Shown here piece by piece: positions 54,854 to 64,000 of a DNA stretch of 64,000 bases (its first letter is position 1; every line of letters starts with the position of its first letter). The position numbers and the translations under genes are program-made. A model generated the notes under the pieces. That model was not told where the DNA came from. It saw nothing but the letters and a program-made list of their open reading frames with translations, and searched no databases. The DNA is from the human T2T-CHM13v2.0 reference genome, Homo sapiens: NCBI RefSeq assembly GCF_009914755.1, contig NC_060945.1; one strand, 5' to 3'.

Positions 54854-55351
54854 TTAAAAGTTAAAGAAAGAGGAAAGAAACACGAAACGTGGCTGGCGGT
54901 TAAAGACAGGTTTTCCTTAATTAAAACCTGAGAGGCACTCCTGGCCGATTTCAGTCAGGAGCGCTTTCTCTGACAGACTAAGAGCATATATTGGTTTAAG
55001 GGCGAGGAGCCTTATCAGAAGTTTGGAATGTTCCTGTTTGAGGGAGAAGTTTTCTGGCGGGGTTGGAATGTCTCTGGGAGGAGGCGAGCTTACCTTGGGG
55101 CAGCCATCTTTCCGCCAGAGCAAAGTTATCTTGAGACTGGCATCTTCCTTGCCCGATGCGGGTTATCTTGGGGCTCCATGCCTCTGATCCGGAAGGAGTT
55201 TGGAATCTTTCTGGTTGGAGATGTTATTTGTGGTTTATGGTCGTGCTGATCTTAGCCATTGGGCTGATGCCCTTTGGATTCAGACGTTTTTTATTAAGGT
55301 GAACTTTAGAATGAGGGGCTTGTCCAAGATGGCGATGCTCCTGCTCTGTCA
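54854..55351 (-). mobile_element. MER61-like solo LTR (ERV1)
   Basis: Minus strand starts tgacagagcaggagcatcgccatcttggacaagc. TSD CCAAA (54849-54853 / 55352-55356). Confidence 0.8.
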
Positions 55352-56819
55352 CCAAATAGTTCAGATTTTTACTCACAGTTAACGTTTCTATAGTTCATGT
55401 TTTAATTTATGGTGTTTTCATCAAATGGTTTATGTTTTAGTTCATGATTTTTCTCAGTGTTGTGAACTCAGAAAATGAGGTGAAGATAAAGGAAAGTTCC
55501 TGTTTGTTCTTCACAACTATTATTTTTATGAAATTTGAGCGCTAAGGGAAACAATTTATCTTTGTGTTTATTACAGTTGTTCCATATTTATCTAGTCTAA
55601 TTCCCGTCATATTTAGGCTATAAAAAAGATTTGCTTACATTGTCACTTCAGTAACTCAATAATGTTTTACTGAGGAAATCTCCAATTTCCACCCTGAAAA
55701 ACTGCGTGAAAAATAATGAAATCACAAGAAAGTTAAAAAACACCTAAAAATAGACTGTGGCAATGAAGAGTATCTCTAATGCAAAACTTCATCTGCCTGA
55801 ATTAAGGAGTTCTTCCCCGAGGGTGCAGCCCCAGAAGGGGCTCCTGGCCAAGGCTCACAGAGGCATTCGTTGGAGCCCCTTCACAGATTTTCTGTGGTAG
55901 TGAGTGTGATTGGAATTGTTTATCAATTGAAACGCTATTAAGATTAGGGTTGTGCTCCTTAATAACCAAACCTTTCAATCATATTGATTTTGTTATGCTG
56001 TTTTAAAACTACACAGGTAACTAAAATTAAAAGAATTATACCTCTCAAAGCAAGTGAAATTTTAAAATGTGTTATATATTTATGAAGAGAAAATAAATAT
56101 GCAGGTTTTTTTCAGTTGTAGATAGCGCCAATGCATTTGGCTATAACTTTCATAACTACATACAATGAAATAGTAAGTGGAAAAAATCATGAAGGAGAAA
56201 AGGATAAGAGATTACGGTGGACCGAAATTGCTTTTGACTGCCATGTGTGCTTTATAACTTTTGATTATTTGCTTCCTGTGTGTCAACTCTTGGAAGTATA
56301 CATGGATCAAGGCAAGTCACCAAAATTTTTTCCCATTTCCTTGGGTATAGTCACTGGTTCAAAGATAGGCAACTTAATCAAAACAGGCCAATGCATTCCA
56401 ATATTTTGAACTTCAGGTGATGTGGACCTTCCCTCTGGAACTATAGTGTTAGCTAGATAAAAATTTGGGACCATATTGAAAAGACTTGTGTGCAACTAGA
56501 AGCAAGCAGAGATGTGCCAAAATGAGAGTAGCACGAAGTGTCCAGAAGCCTGGAGGACCAGCTGAATCTTTGAGGCCCTGGTTCATGGTAGCTCTTCCTT
56601 GAGTTCTATCAGCTTTTCCAAAGCTTTCCCAGCTATGGAAGCCAAGGAAGTAGAGCTAGAACACAAAAAACAGATGTGGCAGATTTCTTACACATATTCA
56701 TATATTTGAGTAATATCATCAATGAAATAATGGAAGAGTGTTATCTAAAACAAAAATTCTCCTGAGGTGTCCATTGCTAGCCCACTTAATTAAATTAAAA
56801 TATTGATCATTGATTCAAT

Positions 56820-57240
56820 ACAATCACAGAATCGTAAGGCTGGTGGGACATTCCTTTGACAACTGAAATATTATTGCAGGCCCTCATGGAAGATGTCCAG
56901 TAAGAGTCAGTGAGCATCTGCTTACTCTGTTTTAGTGGCATGGAACTCACAATTTCACAAGGCAGAATATTTTAGTGTTTTCAGATACATCATACATTTT
57001 TTTCTTATATTGAGCTGAAACATGCAGCTTTGTAATTTGATGCTAACACTATTCCTGGAGTAAAAAGAATGAGGAGTCTCTTTCTTCTGGCAGACAAAAA
57101 CTTTGAAATATTTGGAAGTATTCTCATATTTTCTTCACATAATCACTTGTCCAGGATAAACATTTCCAATTGTTCTAAAGATTTCTTAAATACACAGACT
57201 CCAGAACTGGATTTAAGGTATCTCCTTTGGGTAAAATCTG
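56820..57240 (-). mobile_element. L3/CR1 3' fragment
   Basis: atcacagaat...ggaactcacaatttcacaaggcag...ttcttatattgagctgaaa. Confidence 0.6.
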
Positions 57241-57348
57241 CCACAGACAATTGAATTATTCATTTCCAATTCCTAGCTCCAGCGATGCTGAAAAACTTGC
57301 ACATTTGAGTATATAAAAACTTGATTAAGTGAATGGAAAAAATATCAT

Positions 57349-57725
<377 letters not shown>

Positions 57726-58114
57726 TAAAAAGGACTTGAAATGGACAGTGCTAGTCAAATAAATATGATTTAGCCACCTTACAACTTATAAAACCTTTAT
57801 AACCTTAACATTATCAAAGGAAATGCTCGAACGTTATAGCTCAGCCTGCTGCTCTAATGAGGAATTATAGCTCAGCACAATCCTCCACTATCTCCAAAAT
57901 CTCTTTATCACAGCTACAGACATATGACCAACAGTTCTACCATAAGCTTCACCATCAATTCTTTATTTCTTATTTTTCTTTTTATCATTTAATTGCTACT
58001 TTACTTACTTCTTTTGTCCTTTATAAATATTGTACTGTGTATACAAGTCTAGATTACTTTTATGGATACTGAGTTTCAGATATGCAATATACCAACTAAA
58101 TCAGACTGGATACT

Positions 58115-58620
58115 TGTGTTAGTTATCTGCAGCAAATTTCCCCAAAACTTAGCTAGCTTAAAGCAAAGAACATTTATTTCTCATTCAATTTCTGTGGCTC
58201 AGGAATCTGGGAGCAGCTTGGCTGAGTGGTTCTGGTTCAGGTCTCTCTGGAGGTGCAGCCATGCTGTGTCAGGTAGGACTGCAGTCTTATTGCAAGCCTC
58301 CACTGTTGCTAGAGAAAGCCTTTCCAAGCTCCCTCATGTGGCTATTGTCAGATCTCAGTTCCTCAATGGCTATGGGCCCAGGGAGGCTTACTTTCTGACC
58401 ACTTGGGCATCTGCTTACAAAATGGCAATTTGTTTCTCCCAAAATGGCCAAGATGGAAGGCAAGAGCTTTTATAATCTACCTATGAAGTGACATTTCATC
58501 ACTTCTGTCACTATTGGTCACACAGGCCAAGTCTGGAACCATGTGGAAGAGGACTGCTGAAGAGTGTGAAGACCCAGAGGCAGAGATCACTGGGGGCCAT
58601 CTTGAATGCTGGCTACTCCA
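58115..58620 (-). mobile_element. MLT1E/F-type MaLR LTR
   Basis: tgtgttagttatct...ccccaaaacttag...ggctcaggaatctgggagcagcttggctgagtggttctgg...ctgggggccatcttg. Confidence 0.85.
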
Positions 58621-58641
58621 ATACTAAACGAAACAATGATG

Positions 58642-58801
58642 TTCTTTTTTGTATTTTTTTCTGTTTGATTTTTTTTCTTTTTGTAGAGACACAGTCTTGT
58701 TATGTTGCCTACGCTGGTCTCAAACTCCTGGCGTCAAGAGATTCTCCCACCTCAGCCTCCCAAAGTGTTGGGATTACAGGCATGAACCACCAAACCCAGC
58801 C
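58642..58801 (-). mobile_element. FLAM (free left Alu monomer)
   Basis: Single monomer with T-rich tail. TSD ACAATGATG (58633-58641 / 58802-58810). Confidence 0.9.
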
Positions 58802-59709
58802 ACAATGATGCTTTTAGCTATGCTAGAAGACCAAAAACTCATTTAAATTTATTGTTCTGTTATGAAAGTTAGATATTAATAAGTATCTCTTCTGTGATTT
58901 GAACAATAAAAGGGTCCTCCTCCACACAAAACATAATTTGTTGTCAAAAACATAATTTGAAAACTGACAAATAACATTAGTTAACATTAAAATATTAATT
59001 TCAAAAACAAAATACATTAAAATGTCACTATAGTTCACCAAAAAGACATGTGTTTCTACTTATTAAATACTTTCATAACCATTTATATGGTGATAATGCT
59101 CTGAAAATAACATTTTATTTCTTGAATTTGACAATAATTAAAAGTAAGCAATGCAAAGGCTGAATCTGCAAAAATGCATTTTTGAGCCTAGATTTTATTA
59201 TATTAGTCTATAGTAGAAATTAATTTATTTTGTTGATCTCTTTAAATATGAGGCTGATATTTACTGAGTGCCTAATAAGTACTTGCTCTGTTAGGCAACT
59301 CACAATGGGTACATTTTCTTTCATCCCCACCATGCACAATAGAAGCCAGGCCAGTGACCATAAGGATACAGTGTTAGGACACACTGCTGCATCATCCAGA
59401 GGGCAGAGAGGACTCAGGCTTACTTTGTTAACCCATAGGCAGGACTTTTGTCCCCTGTCCCAATTCGTTATGATTGACAGTTCATAGCCTCTGACTTGAT
59501 CAGTTTTATGTATAAAAAATCTTATTATTCATCATTTTCTTAATTCCATTTAAAATAATTTTGTATCTTTATGGTACAGGTTGTTATTTTGCTGGTTGCA
59601 TTAATATTCAATAGAATATTACTTAGTTACCTATAATAGGATAATGGTATTACATAAGATCTCCACAGCCTAGTTGGAGAGAAAGAAGCAAATAGCAGCA
59701 TATGGTCAG

Positions 59710-61095
59710 TACTATTTGTTAATTCAACTGATATATTTTGAGGCCCTACTATTTGCCAAGCATCATGCTGGGCTTTAGAACCAGAGGGCTGAAAATGGTG
59801 AAGAGTCCTTGTCTTCAATGAACTTGCATTCCAGAGATCAGCAGAGACCCTTAACGAAAAACTAGATCCATCTACATTACAGGCAGTGCAAAGAGGGATA
59901 TAAACAGTGTATTAGGATACACAATAATCAGAGAAGGCCATTGTAGAAGGGGTAATCCTTAAAGGCATTTCTGATCAGGTCACACCCTAAAGGGTGAATA
60001 TGAGTCTGCCTTGAGTAGAGCTAGAAAAAGACATTCCAGGCAGAGAATCACCACGATAAAGTTGGTGTATTCAAAAAACAGAAGGGAGGCTAGTAGAGTT
60101 AAGTGCAATGGACAAAGAGAAGAACTAGGAGAGATGAGATTGGAGAAATAGGTGGAGAATAGATGAGTGAGATAGTACACATGAGAATGTTAACACAGTA
60201 ACATTTTCATTTTTAAAAAGAAAAAAGAAAAGAATCTCATCGCTTATGCTATGGGTAGGAGGATCCAGAATGAAAGCTGTGAGACCAGAACTATTATAAA
60301 GTCGCGTATATTATTCAGGAACATAATGGAATGAAATTCTTAACTCATCATGGATAGTCTGGGGAGTATCAGGGAGGACATGTCTGTGTTAAACACTGAG
60401 GGATCAGCCTTGCTGAGAAGAGTGGGGATGGCAGAGGGAGCAGCCAGCACAAAGGGCTGAAAGTAGGAAGTATTGAGGCAAATTTCAAGAACTGCGAGTA
60501 AGTCATCATGGCTTTAAGTTCGAGGTGTATTTCAGAATACCAAGAAATAACACGGAAAATTTAGATGAGGGTGAGCTCATAAACAGATCTGGATGCTGAT
60601 CTATGGAACGCAAACTTTAAAAAGGATGGAAATCCAGTGTAGGGACATAATCAGAGTTCAGTCTTGGAAAATGATTGTGATTAAAATAAGCATAGTGAAT
60701 TGCAAGGTATCAAGACTACAGAGGAAAGAAAAATACTAGAAGGCTCTCTCATTCATCCAGTTAGATAGAAGATGAAGATCTGGCCACAAAAACAGGAGAT
60801 GAGTTCCAGAGTTATTCAGGAAGAACTGACAGGAGTGTAAGCTCCTTAGAATGTGAGCTTCATAAAGACAAAGACTGTTGATGTTTTATTCACTACTTTA
60901 TCTCCATAGCTAGAAGAGTGCCTGGCACTTAAAAGAAGCTTAGTAAAATATTTGTGGAATGCATCTATGAATGGATGAGTTGGTGACAAATTAGGGAGGC
61001 TACATTTTTATTCTTTAAATAAATATGTATTAATCACTGACTATGTGTCAAGAAATGTTCCAGGCACTGGAAATACAGTGTTGAAAAGATACACA
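59710..61095. mobile_element. Cluster of L2 fragments in both orientations
   Basis: Reverse tails at ~59715 and ~61010. Forward tail at 60845-60980 (tagaatgtgagcttcat...agtgcctggcac...gaatggatg). Confidence 0.65.
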
Positions 61096-61105
61096 TGTCC
61101 ATCAG

Positions 61106-61109
61106 TCTA

Positions 61110-61182
<73 letters not shown>

Positions 61183-61290
61183 ATCTATCTATCTATCTAT
61201 CTGTCTATCTCTATCCTATCTTCTATCACCCATCCATCCATCCATCTGTCCGTCCATTCATCCATCCATGTATCTATTTATCCATCCACA
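61106..61290. repeat. Compound tetranucleotide STR: (ATCT)~13 pure, interrupted TCTA blocks, then (TCCA)n
   Basis: Directly visible. Confidence 0.96.
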
Positions 61291-62560
61291 CTTCTGTTCC
61301 CTTTCTACATATCATTTTATTTATCTATCTTTTTGTAAAACAGTCATTATTTAAAACCGAAACTATTTCTTACAGACACTGAAGAGAGAAGATAGAAGGA
61401 ATCTTTGGAAATGCAAATTGAAACCTACAACTGAAAAATAGAGTCTTAGTTTATTTGTGTAACAAAATCCATGGGAAATTAGAAGGTATCCTGGACATTG
61501 AAAACCTCACAGATCACATGAGAAGCAGAGTGAAGGAGAATATAAAAAATTGGATGCAAAAAAGAAAAGCACCTTGTGAGAAATTTCTGCTGTTCAGGTG
61601 TTTGAAGAGCTTTTACAATCAGGAATAGCTAATATTTGATTTTTAAGTTTAGTTTTTTTTGCATTTTTTGTACCTAAGCCCTCTTTGAAAACCTCTAGAT
61701 AGAAGCTGCTATATGTAGATTTCTTTGTGAGAGATTGGGATTGTAATCCACATGTAAATTAGCAGGATACACACACAAGAGAGTGAACCACAAGAAGTGA
61801 AATCTAACATCCAGACTTAACAGTGACTAATAAAAAAAATTCCAAATTTGCAAATATCTTGTGGAGAGTGATGGAATTTCCAAACAAACAACAAACAAAA
61901 CCAGAAACACACCTATGTTAGGATTTTTTTCTAACTGTAGTTAATTCTCACCAGACAAATTAATTTCAGCTAATATTTACATTACATATTTTAGTTTTTC
62001 CTCTAGCTAAATGATTATATCTTCTGGAATGTAAGACACTGCATGCATTTATATGTATGTGTAATGGGTATCAGTGATGAGTTCAAGAGATTGACATGAA
62101 GAAGAGAGGGAGGTTCTTTGTCCAGTAGGTTCTAGTGGCTCTTAATAAAAACATAGACTCGTACTGGCTTCCAAAATGCAGATACAACCACAACTCTGCA
62201 GCAGGCAAGGCTGCACCAAACCAGCCAAGATTCAAGGATCCAGTCCTATCCAGACATAATCCAGGGATAATTGCTTTCACGTTTCTTTCCCAAAGTCTTG
62301 CACTTTTATACCACTCCCTTAAATTAAACTCCTATTGTAAACCATAATAACTCCAGTAGAGCTGACGCAATAGCAGTCTTTATGGGCAGACACCTGCAAA
62401 CATCCATTTAAAGTTGCTTTTTTAGCTGCCATAAGTACTTGTTGAAGACATTTGGAAGTGTAGTTTTGCACTTGAGATGGTGTTGAAAATACAATAGCAA
62501 ATCTGCCAAAAGCAAGAAGAGGCAATAATAAGGCTGGTTCAAAAGAGCTCCCTGAAATTC

Positions 62561-62601
62561 TGAGTGGATCATTAGACTAATTGAGTGGATATTGGACTAA
62601 T
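62561..62601. repeat. ~21-bp imperfect tandem duplication (tgagtggat[c]att[a/g]gactaat x2)
   Basis: Directly visible. Confidence 0.85.
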
Positions 62602-62724
62602 GCCTTTGACAACACCTACAAGACCTACTCCGTTTGCTTACAGATAATTACAAAGTGAGGGAGAAAACAGGCGTATCCATCCCATTGCCTTTGGCAAGTC
62701 TTCCTCAAACTATAAGGTATGCGT

Positions 62725-62870
62725 AAGATTACTCTAGAGCGTGTGTAGGTTACAGGATGCTGGGCCCCTCCCCAGATGATCTAATTGAATAAATCCAGGA
62801 TGGGGCACAGAGATATGCATTTCAACAAGTATTCCAGGTTGTTTCTGATACAGTCGTTATAGGGAAACAA
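62725..62870. mobile_element. MER5A-like fragment
   Basis: gatgctgggcccctcccaga...ggatggggcacagagatatgcatttcaacaag. Confidence 0.65.
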
Positions 62871-63152
62871 TAGCAGTCAGTAAGATTTAAGAAATCTACA
62901 GGGTAAATGTATTTTTTTCCCAAAACACTTCCTTTATTAGCCCACAGATGCTTGAAAATTCTTCAAGGTTGGACAGATCCTATCAACTCTTAATTAGAGA
63001 TGAAGGACCATCCAGTAATTTCCAGATCTAATGAGATATAAATGTCTTAGGGGTTGTGAAGAATGTGTGTGCTCTAAAAGTAAAGAGGCTGCCTTTGTTA
63101 ATAATTGGCACTAAAATCCCTGAAACCATAATGACTAGAATACGGGAAGAAA

Positions 63153-63530
63153 AGGGTTGTCTTTTCTCTACACCATTGCCAACACTTGTTAGCTTTCATC
63201 TTTTTTATAATGGCCATTCTAACAGGTGTGAGGTGTATCTCATTGTGTTTTTAATTTGCGTTTTTCTGATGATTAGTGATGTTGAGCATCTTTTCATGTC
63301 TGTGTTGGCCATTTGTATGTCTTCTTTGGAAAAGTTTATTCGGATCCTTTGTCATTTTTTGATTTGTTTTCTCTGCTATTGAGTTGTATGAGTTTCTTAT
63401 AATATTTGGCATATTCATTGCTTATCAGATATAGTTTGCAAATATTTTCTCCTGTTCCATTGGTTGCCTTTTCTTTGTGTTGATGGTTTCGCTTGTTGTG
63501 TAGAAGTATTTTGGTTTGACATAGTTCTAG
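63153..63530 (-). mobile_element. L1M/L1P ORF2 fragment
   Basis: Antisense ORF2 peptide [35 protein letters not shown]. Confidence 0.88.
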
Positions 63531-64000
63531 CAGTTTTAAGATTTCTCACATCTAATCCAGTTCCTTGAATAGTGTGTGTTCATCAAGTACTTGTTAACAT
63601 ATTGATGGCTTTGAAGAGTTTACTAATCAATGATGAAGACCTGATACCCTTTCAAAGATTTAAATGTCAGAGACAAGAAAATGTAATATGGGCGTAAAAT
63701 AATAAAGTTGATTGAAATGCTACAGAACGCTTTCTCACAATTGTAAAAATATGACTGTTGTGCAAATTCCTTGATAGATCACAAAACAAAGAACTCTACA
63801 CCTTAGTTTTCAAAGTCCTTCATGTTTTGAACACTTAACTTTTCCAAACATATCTCAGATTGCTCCCGATTTGTATGCCTGAGTTCTAATTCACATGTCA
63901 ATGGACACATCTAGAGGATTTCCATATTGATAGCTGTACTTGTGCTGTCTTCTCAAACCTTCTTTCACTTATTTTTACCCCTGGGAATCCCATTCTTCCT

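Noticed and set aside
55744-55753. Perfect MEF2 site CTAAAAATAG
   Set aside because: A single match is unremarkable by chance in 64 kb of AT-rich DNA, and there is no supporting cluster.
55834-55882. 11-bp inverted repeat gaaggggctcc / ggagccccttc
   Set aside because: The length is within chance expectation for this window size.
57834-57876. 12-bp direct repeat ttatagctcagc flanking 19 bp
   Set aside because: Too short to distinguish a TSD or duplication from chance, and no identifiable insert.
60845-61090. Tail-to-tail L2 ends as a miR-28/151-type hairpin
   Set aside because: Only ~9 bp of contiguous complementarity (60917-60925 with 61060-61068), and the arms are too far apart and diverged.

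Overview
AT-rich, repeat-dense primate (human-like) nuclear DNA, intergenic or deep intronic. I cannot support any protein-coding gene, rRNA, tRNA or CRISPR array. The listed ORFs are Alu, L1, L2, Tigger or LTR read-throughs, or chance ORFs. The window holds about 12 Alu/FLAM copies, several L1s (one twin-primed L1PB with a full THE1D-like provirus nested inside), a near full-length Tigger1, five solo or partial LTRs, a MADE1 hairpin, and old MIR/L2/L3/MER5 fragments. Two themes stand out. First, there are three independent locally templated insertions: a 49-bp copy from 2.7 kb away, a ~34-bp copy from 1.15 kb away, and a 29-bp fold-back, all resembling polymerase-theta or template-switch repair scars. 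Second, a solo ERV1 LTR at 37256-38001 keeps CpG-island-like density and an intact TATA box, and it points toward well-formed minus-strand candidate exons, which could be an LTR-driven lncRNA. Repeat subfamily names come from recalled consensus sequences, not a database search. Boundaries of old repeats are approximate.
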